Below are positions 26,597 through 41,859 of a stretch of 64,000 bases of DNA, piece by piece (the stretch's first letter is position 1; each line of letters begins with the position of its first letter). The notes beneath the pieces were generated by a model. The model was given only the letters and a program-made list of their open reading frames with translations. It was not told where the DNA came from and searched no databases. The DNA comes from Octopus vulgaris (taxonomy: Eukaryota). The stretch is from NCBI GenBank assembly GCA_951406725.2, contig OX597820.1, positions 38,998,001 to 39,062,000 of the forward strand, in the 5' to 3' direction. The translations under genes were made by a program, and so were the position numbers.

Positions 26597-28605
26597 CTGT
26601 GTATGTATATTTGTATGTATGCACATGTATATGTATACAGACACACTTTTATATGCATCTGAATGATCTTACATATTCCCTGTTTCATGACTTGATTTCA
26701 ATTGTAATCTCCTAATTAGCCGTAAACTGCATGTTTTATGAAGCTCTGATTTGTCAGTTCGTTACATATCCAAGTGCACTTATGATCACATATAAGCTAT
26801 AATGCGAATGCTGGGTTGTGGATCAAAAGATTGAACGCAAAAGAGTGAAAACAATGCTTGTTAAACGAAAGCATGACACAAATTGCCGCCCCTTACAATC
26901 ATTTGATCACTGGACATATTCATTTTTAAACTGAAAGAAAGAAAAGCGAAAGTTCAGTTTTAAGAAAATTTATAGAGCAGATTTATTCGAAAAATATAGT
27001 ATTTATATTTTCGCTTATCACTTTAAAAACAGGCTTTTCAAAAATATTCTTTTGAAAACGCTATATAGTTGTGTTTTGAGACTGATTTACTTGTTTTCTG
27101 AAAACATTTGAAACTCAGTGTTTTGCATTTTATACATTGTTTTACCACACTTAAGTATGCCATTGATTTTCATGTATTTTCTTTGGAAAGCGAATTTTCC
27201 AGGTTCACACATAATCATTTTTTTTTTACTAGATACCTTCTTTCTCTCAACTAAAACTGTTAATATTAATATCTCTTGTATCACACCTTTTTGAATATTT
27301 AAAATTGTAAAGAGACAGAAAAAGGATTATAATTCGTTTTTTGAATGTTGCAGGCCAAAGCATAAAATCATCAGCTCCTTGTTCAAAGAAAAACAATTTC
27401 AGCATAATTATTTGTAAACTTAACAGAAATTCAAGCAATATTTAAGAACATGAGTATGCATTCCATAAAGATAATCGGTGTACTTTCAAGTAGAAAGTCA
27501 AAGATAGTTTACCAGGTATCTGGAAGTGTTTCGGTAGTAGCAACAGATTAGGCTTAATCAAATGCCTTTTAGTAATCGAATCATTTCGTCAGATGATTTA
27601 ACGATTATTTGTTTACTTCAGACGGTATAAATTCAATATGCAAGCTAACTAGTTCTTTGCAATGTTCCGAACATCTCAAGTAATTAGTTTATAAATCGTG
27701 CACAAAGCATGTATATGTTGTTTAAGTAAGCAATACGTATGAAGAAGGGGCTCATTATTATATGCAAGAGTTAACTGTGCTATGGTAAACATCACCTTTG
27801 CTGTTTTATTTATTTCAAACATACGAATATGGCATAATTTTCCACTTCATAACATTCCCCCAAATTTCGTGAAATTTACTGATTTGTTATCATATTCATT
27901 GTTGTTGCTGTCTGTAGAGTATTCTGTTCTGAGTGCATTCAGCGATCATAAATCATATTGAATTCCTTCTCTTCATCCTATTCTTAAGAACAATAACTTT
28001 TTAAAGAAATACGATTCTTCCCCACTTGATTCAGTATATAGCTTTTGGGTTTAATGTATAACTAATGGCAGTACACTGCTATTGTTATTTTCTATAATAT
28101 TAGAATGGAGACTTCTATAATATTAGAATGGAGAATTCATATATCTCGCGTAATTTATTCATATATATCAAAATACATTATTCCTGCGTGATAAAGTTAT
28201 TATTCACCTTATCACGATGGTGAATAGATGTTTAATTCTGTGGCAGAGATAATTGTTAGGGTTGTGTAGTCTAGATATGAACCTGGGTGGCATACGTTAT
28301 TTCATCACTAAATCTGCTAAAACTATCTAATAGATGTTTATTAGAGTGGTAGCAGCTGTATACACATAGATATTAATTATGCAATGTGTTATCACGTTTC
28401 CATAATAAATCTATAAACGGTAACATGATAAATGTCTGACCTGTTTTTTTAACTCTCCTGATACATGATCAGGTGCTTATAGATAGTTTCGAAAATTTAG
28501 GAAGATTCTCAAGTTATCGTTGTGCAAAATCTTTATTTTTCAAAGTTACATCGTACATTCAGGCGTGTTTGCACCACACATATACCTATATATATATATA
28601 TGAAC

Positions 28606-28636
<31 letters not shown>

Positions 28637-28889
28637 TGTATGTATGTATGTATGTATGTATGTATGTATGTATGTATGTATGCAATACTATCAAAAAGTT
28701 TATGATCATATTATCAAAACTTATTTTGAAAGCAACATCTCCAGAATGGAAATGATAGATTCTGGTGAAATAGTTTATTAATGTATGGTTACATACATTG
28801 GGGGACATAATTAACTCAGCAACTAAACAAAACTAAGAAATAAGAGAAAAACGTAAACCTTAGACCCATCAAAATATCCGCCCCTGGCC

Positions 28890-29260
28890 ACGATCACTGC
28901 GGATCTTATTCGGGGCATTCTTTCGAGCAATGAAAGCAAATATTCGCTGGTAATATTTTGCCCCACCTTTTGTAAGAGTGTCCGGGAACTTTCTGGACGA
29001 CTTGGTTGTCTCTTTTTGAATAAGATCTAATTCATCCCACACAGTATCAATGGGATTGCAATCGGAGTATTGGGCCGGTCATTCCATTCTAGTAAACTTT
29101 TTCCGACCATTTTCTACTGTAAATAGCTTTTGCATAGACTAGATGTAAGTTTAGGATCATTTTCTTGCACCAGTATGAAATTACCATCGATCAGCCTAAT
29201 CTCCGATAGAATATATGACACTGGAGTATGCTGTGATACTTATTTGCATATGAAATATGT
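28890..29260 (-). pseudogene. Tc1-family transposase relic
   Basis: FILVQENDPKLTS and ME*PAQYSDCNPIDTVWDEL match the Tc1 QQDNDPKHTS and WPxQSPDLNPIENLW motifs. Confidence 0.85.
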
Positions 29261-29314
29261 ATAAATAGTGTTATTCTATATCGAATAAACCTCAAACTAT
29301 ATGCAATATGTCAT

Positions 29315-29361
<47 letters not shown>

Positions 29362-29395
29362 GCATATACGTACATACATATATATATATACATAC

Positions 29396-29428
<33 letters not shown>

Positions 29429-29477
29429 TACAGACATATATAGATATACACAAAAATGTATCGATACATATATATAT

Positions 29478-29520
<43 letters not shown>

Positions 29521-29663
29521 TATATACATATATATATATTACATAAGGGCATTATTACACATAAATGCCTCACACTAAGAGGGACATAAGTCATTACTAC
29601 CAAAATTTCACTAAACATACCCAATGCAGTTTTTCAAAGCAAGACATTTAAAAAATGAATTTA

Positions 29664-29728
29664 ATTCTATATCACCTGTGATTTCACACTTACCGCATAA
29701 AAAATGCGTCTATGCTCATCAGTAGAAC
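29664..29728 (-). ncRNA. Type I hammerhead ribozyme motif
   Basis: gttcta-CTGATGA-gcatagacgcattttttatgcggtaagtgt-GAAA-tcac-ag-gtg-ATA|tagaat. Helix I, helix II (CGCAT/ATGCG) and helix III all pair. Confidence 0.8.
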
Positions 29729-29923
29729 TGATTCTGAACACATCATAAATAAACGACCAACATTACCTGGCGAAGTCGAACAGACAACTGCTCTCTACGG
29801 CGAAGCACATGGAGATGTTTATAAATCATATATTCGGTAAATGGCGGGCTTTTTCGAACTGCATGTCGGGAGGAAAAGTTTCTTCGGAATAAATTTAACA
29901 ATTAAGGATAATCCTTAATTGTT

Positions 29924-29992
<69 letters not shown>

Positions 29993-30102
29993 GCTTGCTC
30001 GCTTAGCCAGCGGGGTGGCGTCATTTGAAGGCTAAAACAATGCGAAGCGCATTGTGACCAGTCATGTGTAAGAACATCTTATAGCCTGGTCGGTCACGTG
30101 AT

Positions 30103-30162
<60 letters not shown>

Positions 30163-30190
30163 ACATATACATATATATATATTCATACAT

Positions 30191-30249
<59 letters not shown>

Positions 30250-30259
30250 CATATTTACA

Positions 30260-30650
30260 AGCACAGGCGTGGTTGGGTGGTAAGAAGTTCGCTTCCCAAC
30301 CACATGGTTCCGAGTTGACACATACTTCGTGACACCTTGGGCAAGGGGCTTCTACTATAGCCTCGGGCCGACCAAAGCTTTGCGATTGGATGCGGTAGGG
30401 CGAAAACTGAAAGCTTGTCATATATATATATATGCGTGCGTGTTTCTGTGTGTGTATCTCTGCTTGTATGTCTGTATTTGTTCCCCCACCATCATTAACA
30501 CCCTTCCCGTATCATAGCGGCATGGCAAAAGATGTCGATAGAATAAGTACTAGGCTTACAATGAATAAGCCTTCGTGTACTGGGGTTTATGTAATGATTT
30601 ACCTCCTCCCCCGAAATTGCTGACCTTGTGCTAAAATTTGAAATCGTTAT
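30260..30650 (+). mobile_element. OK/OR-like tRNA SINE
   Basis: GGCGTGGTTGGGTGGTAAGAAGTTCGCTTCCCAACCACATGGTTCCGAGTT...GACACCTTGGGCAAG...GCCTCGGGCCGACCAAAGC. Confidence 0.8.
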
Positions 30651-31263
30651 GAGAAATCCTTACAAAAATTGTTTGTTTTCTTTAACACTTCGCTCTTTGG
30701 CTATGTTTGCCTAGGTATGAATGTCAATAAAGAAAATGCTTACACAATCAAATAATAACTCTTGATAACGTTTAGTACCAGGGATAAGTTTCGATGGAAT
30801 TCATCAGTAATTCTTTGAGTGGTTCATAGAACAACGTGACAAATTGTCAGTGAGTTCCTCGTAGCACCGGATTAACCAACATCGCTATAATCAACGTCAG
30901 TAAATAGTAGGGTCGATCCAATCTCTGTGTCACAGGAAACTAAACATAACTTCAACAACGAACATTTTAACTGTGCGTGCGTACGTGTGTGAGTGTGCTT
31001 TTGTATGCGTTACCCAATATTAAAATTGTCGATATATATATATATATATAATGCTTTGGTACAGTCTTCAATTAAAGTGAAATCGTAAAATGCATATTAT
31101 ATATTCAAAGAAAAATTTTAATTTCCTTTTCCCATTTATACAGTAATGTTGCTTAAAATTCACGTTGCGCTCTCTACAGCTTCAATTCTGTGCAATTACC
31201 TCCTCACCCATCAAGATTTAATTCTTTGTCACTTTACTTGCCACCATAAATTTTATTCGTAGT

Positions 31264-31440
31264 TATTACCCTACGCACGTAAGCGAAAGCAGGGTATTTT
31301 AATCACTCGGTTTTGTCTGTTAGTCTATGACTTTGCAAAATTAATGGAAAATGGCTGAACGGATTTTCACCAAAATTTAGCAAAACTTTTCATTGGGCGA
31401 GTGACTCGAAATTATGAAGCTTCGGTTTGATTATCTTCAA
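31264..31440 (+). mobile_element. Helentron-associated / DINE-like 5' end
   Basis: TTATTACCCT..AGGGTAT subterminal inverted repeat, GTCT-like tract, GAACGGATTTTCACCAAAATTT block. Confidence 0.55.
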
Positions 31441-31451
31441 ACATACATGCA

Positions 31452-31531
<80 letters not shown>

Positions 31532-32149
31532 CAGTGATGGATTCGATTCTTCGTTTACTTACGAGTTGAGTTCTTAATTACACCGGAATATAAATACCTA
31601 TAATGGCGAAATACTTCTTAAATTCTATGCAATATTTTCTGTATTTCATTTTGTTCACTTTCTTTTTCGTATGAATCGATGCGCGTCTAGTTGTGTATAG
31701 AGCATGGTATACCTATGCGCGTTAGCACGTGTGAGTACATACATAAATATATACACAGATATGTGACTGTATGTGTGTGTGTGTGTGTGTGCGTGTGCGT
31801 GTGTGTGTGTGTTTATGTGTGTACAGTGATGGATTCGAGAATTCCGTTTATTTATACTCAACGGCGTATAAATTCCTATAATGGTTATACTTAAAAAATG
31901 AATTACTTTGTTTCATTTATAAAGCATGGGTAAGCAACGCATTGTAAGCCACTCTCTAATTTTGTGAAAAAATGTATCGGCACGCATCGCCCCTCCGATG
32001 CATTCTTTATTATTATTATTATTAAATTTAAATACTGAGTACAAATTCCGCCGATGAATTGTTAAAACTAATAAAAAAATTACATTGGACAATATATATG
32101 TATATGTGTGCTAGAGCACTACCTCTTTACGATTGACCAATGATGGGTG

Positions 32150-32620
32150 CTTTTTCGGCAATTGTTTTGTGTAAAGTTTCCAACTGACGATAGTACTACA
32201 CTACATTAGATGTTTCATTTTGCTTTAACACTTCATGATAGACGATGTCTTTTATAGCCCATCAACCACAGAGCCCTGATTCGTTGATGAATTCTATTTT
32301 GTTGAGTGTTAACTATTGTTGCTATTGTTGGATGTGATAATAGAGCACCCACATTTCATCACATGCAATGAATCTACCCAGAAAAGTTTCGTAATGAAGA
32401 GGAATACACTAACTAAATGACGTAAATTGCACTGTTTTTATTAATTTCTGTGCAGTTTGCTTTGGATTTTCAGCAATACTATTTTCAGAAGCACAATATT
32501 AACAGATTTAGAAGAATTTGTGAGAAAATTTTCCCGTGCAAAATTGGTCAACCCATCGTTGACATGTCCGACTACCTAAAGCTCCATTTCCATCGAATGC
32601 TTCTTACCACTCTTATTGCT
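32150..32620 (-). pseudogene. Highly decayed mariner transposase
   Basis: RFIACDEMWVLYY corresponds to the first catalytic motif RIVTGDEKWVLY. Confidence 0.65.
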
Positions 32621-33147
32621 GAATAACCCACTTCGAATTCATACAGCATACAGTGACTGATAAGGGCTTGATCCAAACTCCTTATAAAAGAATAAAATCG
32701 GTAAGATTTCAACCATTATGCTATGAAATATTCTACAAAAAGGCAAAGAAAATGAAAAAAAGTTTAGAATGCAAAGAATAATGCATATTTTACTATAAGT
32801 ATTGAAATGCGACAGGACTTTCAGGTTTTATACGATAAGGATTTAAACAAGTTTTGAAGCTGGTGCTGCCTGGAGTGAAATGTTACGTGTTTTTTAGTGA
32901 CTCAGTATACGTGATGCAGTAAACCTACGAAATCATACTAATCCTAACCATCCCGTTTAATTTCATATAACAGGGACGATGCAGTGACATGTGCTTTTCT
33001 TTGATTTTTCATGTAACTCGAAGGAATTTCAGTAATATATTCAGCTGGCCTTGCTGAATATATTACGTCCGTTGGTTCGTGAGTAGTCTTGTAATCCCTT
33101 GCATGTGATAGTCTTATTAACAGAAGTACTCGACTAATGGTGGTGGT

Positions 33148-33446
<299 letters not shown>

Positions 33447-36164
33447 CCGATGTTATTGTTGTAGTTGTTGCTACTCTTAGTCATTACAAATTCTGAAACA
33501 TAGCAATATATGCTAGGTTGATGACAATCATTTATGGCGATGAATGTTGTTTAACTCTAGGCTAGTGCTGCTCAAACGTTATTTCAGTCAATATACATGG
33601 AGTGTTCACAAGGATCTCTGTATTATAACACTATCCAACTTAGCCCTCCTTGTTCAAGATGTTACATTTTGATTTGAGGTGGATTATATGTGACTTCTAT
33701 TTCTAGGAGGGCAAGAGCTCAGAAAGCTCTCTGGTGGGGTTCTGATTGTTGTTCTCATTGTTGTTGTATGAAGTATTGTTATTAGTGTTAGCGAAGGTGA
33801 CAATGAACACGATGGCGACGCAGTCACTGCAAATGCGTGTCATTGGTGAAATGTTACTTCATGGTAATTTACAGCAATTGCAGTAATAGTTATTGCTTTT
33901 CATCGTATTCAAGCGATCGAAGGAATCGACCACTTCCTGCAAGTGTGTTGCTTCAAATATATTGTGCATGATTTAGTTGACGAATGCATTGCTTCTCCAA
34001 CATGCAGTCGTTAGTCCTTTGAAGCCCAAAGCTTACATTATTCGCAAAATGAAGTGACGTCAGATTTCCATTAGTCAATGTCTATGTACCTGTAGATTCT
34101 AATAGTGACCCCAAAAGACACGGGTTATGTGAAATTGCTGCATCCCCTTCTTTATAATTGGTGGTATTAAGTTAAAACTGTGTGTATGGAAATGGGGGAC
34201 GGTAACGTTACAGACGCTGCTGCTATTTTTCTATAAATGTCTACCACTCTGCATTAAATGTGATATATTTCTTTGTTACTATATGAAACATCATTTAATT
34301 TGCGTTGCATCCGTAACATTGTGTCCGTGTAATTAATTTAAATATTTCTCGAAAGAGAGTTATAGTAATCTAAGACCGTTTCCTAACTCAACCTCCGGTT
34401 AACCCCGAAGCAATGGACGGATAATCAAATCATTTCCAGTGTTATTTTTCTCTTAGTGTATTGCTACTGCTACACTGTGTTACGTGTACTTTCTTTTTAA
34501 ATAAGATTTGAGCTAGAATTAGCATCTATTTTTAGCATTCATTCAATGACTTTCTCTCACTATTGCTATGAGGGCTATTTCTAACCTGTTTCATTTGTTG
34601 CGGTTATTTTTAGGTATCTACGTGTGCATGTTCGTATGCGGATGTGTGTTTGTGTGTGTATGTTTGTGTGCACGCGTGTGCATATTCATTTTTTCTTTGT
34701 TTGTTTTCTTTTTGTCACGCTAGTTATTATTGTATTTTCCTGAGGTGATTAAGTACAGAAATCAAAATTGATTTTTGGAATGTTGTTTCAAGATGAAATC
34801 GGTCAATTCACGCGATAATAAATGCACTGAAATACTTCAACAAAAAGTAGAAGAAAGAATGAGAAATTAAACTTTGAACCTCATATATCGACATGTATAG
34901 CAAAAAGGAAGTGATCGAATGTAAAATAAATTGAAAACAAATCTAAGATAGAAATCAGTATTTGGTAATCATATTTCTGTTTATCTCATTTTTCATCATA
35001 TTTGATATTGAATATTTATAATATCTGTGTATGCATTGTTTCAGTCTGTTTATTCTCATATACATACACATTTTTCTTCGCTTATTCAGACACATAAACT
35101 CTCTCTTTCCGTGTAAGGCACACTCCAGCATACAAAATGAAACGTTTACTTGTATATATACATATACTATAGCATAAACAAAGGTTATTTTACAGTCGTT
35201 TCATTTTCAACTGCAACTATATATAGCATGCATATATAAATATATATAAATATAAATGTATCACATGCATGCGTATTTGTATATTTGATCAATTTTGTTA
35301 TCGTTCAAACAGTGTGAGCTATTTACAAAATTCGGAAAATTTGGCCTGGAGATAAAAGAAGAATCGAAACTCTTACCTAATTAACGATTTCCAAAAATCA
35401 TACAGATCCTTCAATAGACTAAATAACATCCTATTCTTCATCAACACCAAATAAACACGCCGTTAAACATGATGAATATCAATAATTCGCCCCCCCCCCC
35501 CTCAGTAAAATGATAATGTCACTGTTATCTTATGAAACCGCATTTAGCATATTATAAAAAAAGGTATACATATGAATCTGACTCCAGAAAGATTATGTAT
35601 TCTAATATTACAACTAATAACTACCTTACAAATTAAATAAATACAAATTTTAATACAGAAAGACACTTTGCCATCACTTCTGGGCGAAGTATAAAAATAT
35701 TTCCATTCAAAGCCAGTTTTAGATGACGGGATCAGAATGTTAATGTTGATGGTAATTAGAGTGGATGTTATGCATTGTTGGAGCATATCTTAGCAGCATT
35801 TAATTCGATTCTTTCAGTATTCACGGTGGCTTTCTTAAATTCTAAATATCATTGCTGATGCTCTACAGGTGAAATACAATTGCATCAATCGTATGAGAAT
35901 GAACACCTACCCGCTACATTTTCTTTTATCTGCAAGAAGGGAGAGAAAGACAACACAAACAGTAAAGCCAACAAATGAAGAACAATATCCAGATTCCTCA
36001 TGGTGTCAAAAGATAAGTGAGTTGTGTAAGGTAAGATAGTTTCAATAGAAGTGTGATATCGTAGGTTTGTAACAAACACGTCAACACCTAAGTTCTGTCA
36101 GAATTTTGAATAAAGAAAACAAGTGATCAAATGTTATATTTAATTGAAATTTAATCATCAATGT

Positions 36165-36395
36165 ACATTCCCCTGATTATCTATGACTTCATTCCATCTA
36201 TTTACAAGCTTTTTTAATCCCATCAATGTAAAACTCTTTTGGTTTCAAAGCGAAGAACTCTGAAATGTCAGTTTCGACCTCCTCCTGGCTTGCGAAAGTT
36301 ATATCCCCCAAATGATTCTGTAAACTACGAAACAAATGGTAGTCTGAAGGAATAAGGTCAGGAGAAAAAGGTGGAGGAGTAGGTTTTTCCAACCA
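36165..36395 (-). pseudogene. mariner transposase C-terminal relic
   Basis: PPFSPDLIPSDYHLFRSLQNHLG...EFYIDGIKK. Confidence 0.9.
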
Positions 36396-36499
36396 AGCTA
36401 TTCGATCTACTGCGATGTGATCTTTGCAGTGTTGGGTCGCGCATTGTCCTAATGAAACATCACTCCTTTTCGATTCACTAAAGCAGGTCTTTTTTCCTT

Positions 36500-36640
36500 C
36501 AAAATTTGGTTCCGTCAACTAAATCCACTTACAGGAACATTGGTAGGCCCGACGCTATAGTAGAAGACACCTGCTGAGGATGCCACACAGTGGGAATGAA
36601 CCCGGAATTATGTGATTGGGAAGCGAGCTTCTTACCACTT
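36500..36640 (-). mobile_element. OK/OR-like SINE
   Basis: Reverse complement of the head GTGGTAAGAAGCTCGCTTCCCAATCACAT. Confidence 0.7.
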
Positions 36641-36644
36641 GCAG

Positions 36645-36803
36645 ACCAAGATTTCCGAGTTTTCTTACAGGGCTTAGAAAAACTGAAACACGGCTGCAAT
36701 TAGTGTGTGAATCTGATAAGGGAATATACTGAATAAAATCAAAATTAACTGATTCCCCTGTATTCCCTTTTACCTAAAGCAAGGAACGTTTCAGCACCCC
36801 TCT

Positions 36804-36806
<3 letters not shown>
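36645..36806 (+). mobile_element. mariner 3' end with probable TIR
   Basis: GLEKLKHGCN*CV..GEYTE* followed by AGGAACGTTTCAGCACCCCTC next to (TA)n. Confidence 0.6.
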
Positions 36807-36875
<69 letters not shown>

Positions 36876-37849
36876 CTAAGTGATATGATATATATGTAAA
36901 ACGTGTAATATATAAATAAATATCTGTAAATACAAACCATCCGATCTTCTGATTACCTCATTTCTTCTAATATATATATATACAGTGCATTGCCAACATA
37001 TACACAGTAATTGTAAACACTGGACCACTGTTTGAGTTTTATATTCAACTTTTCTATATATTGTTTTGTATACAACTATTTTCTAATAAGAAAACTATCA
37101 GGTATTCTATGAACACACGCCTCTCTATGTTATGGTTGACTGAAAATATTTTCTCTCCATTTCATAATCCCTGCCGTGTCCTGTCTCAAAAACCCATTAC
37201 TCTCCTATTTGAATGTCTCTTCCCGGCCCTGTTTACATCTTCATGCATCAAGTAATAAAATTTAAAGCTTTTCATGTATCACTCCCGTCCAGTTTGAGAC
37301 AATTGGTTATAACATATCCTCTTATTACCGAACGAAATTAACCAAATGCACGATAGTAATCAGAAACCTTAAATAATACTTTGGGGATTTTGTTCGAAAG
37401 AGTAACTCGAGAAACAACAGAAATAATCACGTAGATAATTACTTTACATCCATGGTCAGAGAAAGTAGCAGAACATAAATAATTATATTGTAGGCTACAT
37501 ATAAAGGAAATAGAAACAGTTGATTCGATTATTCTTTCATGTTTCATTCTATGATATATCCATCGACACTAATGACTCAAGAGAGTAGCGTATGACTGCT
37601 ACACTTCCAAGTGTGCTGTCGAATTATCTGAAATATCAACAAAACATTCATAGACAATGGCATATCAGTTAATATCTCGAAACAATCCGATTCCGAGTCC
37701 CACTTTAGCATCCAACGCATTGGCCGACTTTTGGCTAATTGTTGCACAGCGTTTACTGACTTGTGAGGTGAATTTGCTACAATTGAAACGACGCAAAATT
37801 ATAAACACGAGCTCACACGTACACACATACTTGTGTTTGGGCGTGCGTG

Positions 37850-37893
<44 letters not shown>

Positions 37894-37994
37894 TGCATAC
37901 ATACATATACACACACATACATACTATACATACATATATACATACATGCCCACATACATACATACATACATACATACATACATACATACATACA

Positions 37995-38030
<36 letters not shown>

Positions 38031-39176
38031 TATACATGGTGGAGAAGCAAAACATATATTAAAAATTACACTAATATTTCGCAGCAACCACTACACCCAC
38101 CAAACGATATGTAGCCTAATGCAGAATAAAGAATAAATCATTAGCTACTAATAAACTCTCCTTCTTTTTGCAGAAACATTGGAGAATGTGACTCCGCAGG
38201 AAAAGAAACGACAAAAGAGTATGCGATGCGGTTCATGCACAAGTCAATCCGAAGTGAATCTTAAGCATCGTCGCAAATTCTACAACTATATAATTATATA
38301 CTAGCCAAAGGAAATTATTTTCATAAGGATTCTAATGAAACTCCCGAATTTTGAAAAATAATTAGCAATACAGGTAGCAAAATATATCACTGATCCATAG
38401 CTAAAGGCAAAACGTTATAAAAATATTGCTTGTAACTTTAAACAAATACATTAATTACTAAAGTACTAAAACACGAATGCTAGAAGCACAAACATGCAAA
38501 ACGCCTCGTTAAAAACGTAAGTAAAAATGCAAAATCTAATACAGTTAGTCATTTCATAGTTAATTCTCAAACACGAAAAGACTTCAATTCGCAACCACTT
38601 ACTATATACCACGTATTAAGCAACAATTAACAAAAGCAATTCGATATGAGTTACAGAATTATTAACAATGTCGGTTGAATTCTAATGAAAGTTAACAATG
38701 CTGGTTGAATTCTAATGACAGATCCATCGCAGATCCATCAACAGAACAGACATCAGGACACTGAAGTTGAATATTTTCACTTTATGGAAAATGCTTAACA
38801 AAAACATTTCCCCACAATAAGGGTAAATATTAATTTGGGAAGGTATGAAACAAATCATATATTAGTATTAATCAAGCTGGCTTTCAAATACTGCTACTCA
38901 AAGAGAACCTAACGAAATAATGGAAAGAAAAGAAGTCCACAACGTCAGTCATTTCGTCTTCGAGCCGAGGCAATTCTGCGTAAATGAAGAAAGGCAATTA
39001 GAAATTGGTACTGCAAAGGAGCATCGTATAACCATCAACGAGACTGATATTTTCATAAAGACGCAAAAAGTCCCGTTACTCTCATAAAAACAAATTCTGT
39101 ATTCGAAATAACAGAGAAACTAATGGATCACACAACGCCTCACATCGTATCACGAACATACACATTTCCTCTCTCG

Positions 39177-39290
<114 letters not shown>

Positions 39291-39317
39291 AGAAATTTAT
39301 ACATGAATATATACACA

Positions 39318-40221
39318 CTAGCTTAAGGTGACCCGCTCTACGTGCGGGTAAGAGTGTGGCTGTTACTTTCTGTTCCTTCCTTTCTATTTTTTATCACTAC
39401 ATTCTCACTCTTTGCTTCTCTCTCACTTTCCCACTCTCTTACTCTTCCTTTCTCTCGGACTCTCCCTCGCTTTCTCTTACTCTCTATCTTTCTGTATCTA
39501 TCTCTCTCCCATTTATAAACAACCAAAATCTTTTGAAAGATCAATCATAAATATCAGGCGGTGACAACGGAAAGGTCTGCGTCAAGGCAAACAGCAAAAC
39601 ACTAATATTTAAAAGAGTCAGACGAACTTGTGAGCTGAATAAAAAATTTTTAAAATATTGGAAACCAAAGTTTGGAGGGATAGAATCAGAGGATAGTAGA
39701 GTCAACATGGCTGGCATTTCTTAATGACGGACAGCAACGTAGTGGCAGTTTAACGGCTGGCGTAAAATTTTGAACTTGATGTAAAAGAAAATTCCTAAAC
39801 ACCAAGTTTTGAAGTGATTCTTTCTCAGGACACTAGACTCACCAATGCAAGCATTCAAAACTTCTTCATCATGGACGGCAACACATTGAAGATTTAAAGG
39901 CTGGCGCAAATTTTTTAGCTTGATGTAACAGAGAATTCCTAAACACCGCTCCTGTCAATTTTAATCCCCTTCCAGCCCCATTTAGACCCCTTTTCACATT
40001 TTGGTTAATATAACCCGATTTCATTCAGGTCTACTCGGGCCACATTTTATAACATGAAGTATTTTGTCCTAGAGGTCACGCCTTTCATTTGAGGAAAAAA
40101 CATAGTTTCCATGCAAACTCGCCAGCACTTTTAACATAGGTGTGCATATTTCCAGCTCAACCGACCACATAATGCACACATTATATATATATATACGCAT
40201 TATATATATTTACAAATGTAT

Positions 40222-40282
<61 letters not shown>

Positions 40283-40774
40283 AATACAGATATATACACT
40301 TTGTATATATACATTATATATACATATTTATATATAGAACACACGCACACACATAAATGGACCCAATAAATATCTGATTCATAATATTTGTTCTCATGAT
40401 TGTGTGGTGGTGGTGGCGATAATAATTTTCTGTATGAATGCAGACAGACGTAGAGAGAGAGAGAGAGAGGATGTGGAAGAAAGTGTGAACGCGGCGGGGG
40501 AAAGATAGTAGACAGAAAGGAAGGGAGGAAAAAGAGAGAGACGGAGGAAGACAGGCATATAAGAGAATGAGAGGAGACTTGTCAAAATGTGCGTTTTTTG
40601 CCCTAGTAACCACACATTTTAAGATAGGGATTTCTAACCTAGCACACTCACATTCACACCTCATTCTACATGTCCTTGTAAAATTTGGAGTCAATCGGAC
40701 GGGATCTAGTGCCCTTTAGCCCGTTCCAATGCCAAAACCAGACAAACAAACTTTTCGCATTTCAGATTTATAGA
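39318..40774 (-). mobile_element. Non-autonomous Helitron (~1.46 kb)
   Basis: Minus strand starts A|TCTATAAATCTGAAATGCG and ends with hairpin ACCCGC-ACGTAGA-GCGGGT then CTAG|T. Confidence 0.75.
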
Positions 40775-41859
40775 TATTAATAAATACACACAAACACAAG
40801 CACAAATACATATGGACATACACGAAATCGTCATGAAAGGGCTGTCTTTAAACCTGCTCGTTATTGGGAAGTAAGCTGATTCTAGGTTTATCTAAAATGC
40901 GTAGTGCAGTACTCATTCATGTACTGGGAGATGAACTGAAATATAACTGAAATATAACTGAAATATAACTGAAAATTTCTCTAAATGTAATTCTTCATCA
41001 TGACTACGTTCAGTTTTTATTAATATTCTGTGTTGAAACATTATTCATTGTAATTATAAATTCACGATATCACTTGTCTTTGAGTATCTATTTCTATAAT
41101 ATAAAATAAAAGTTATTATTTGTATTTATTCTTCGGTTGTATTGAAAATATATTTAAAATAACCTGTGTGCAAATTCACGCATTGCAATAAATACGGATA
41201 TAAATATTTTAAACACAAAATTGCAAAGCACAGCGTTTTAAATTGAATCTAACATAGTTTACAAACAATTTGGCACATTAATTTGTCCTAATAGGAAGAA
41301 TTCATTTATTATTAACCTTTTAAATTTGCCTTTAATGCAATATGTTTTATTATCCCCTTTATGTTGTTTTATGTTGGCTCAGAAGAAGAGGTGTGACTGT
41401 TAAATAATTAAAGAGAATTCTGAAAGCTAATTAATGATACAATAAATATTCACATGGTTGTCATACAGATGTTTTCCCTTGTTTTGATATTTTGCAAAGG
41501 AGAGTGCTTAAATATTTTTCAAAGTTGAATTAACAAAACAGAACGTAATTAAATAACAATTTCCATTAGTTTGTTAAATTTTAATTGATTTGTATATAAA
41601 TATTTCGAAATATTAGGATTGAGGACACATATACTGGTCGAGTTGACATATGATATGTGGCACACCGTGCAATTGTACATTTGATGGAGGGTTAGTCGAT
41701 TTGATGGAGAGAATCGGCTAACATGCAGTACGATCATTGGAACATTATAATAACGAAAATCATATGTATAGCTGATTCAGCAAGGAATTGCAGAACCATC
41801 TTTCCTGGACCTCATACAGAAGGATTTATCGACAACGGATTTGAGAGTGTTAATGAATT

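Noticed and set aside
35885-36001. Signal-peptide-like MRNLDIVLHLLALLFVLSFSPF on the minus strand
   Set aside because: Frame closes quickly and no supported downstream exon; may be chance in AT-rich DNA.
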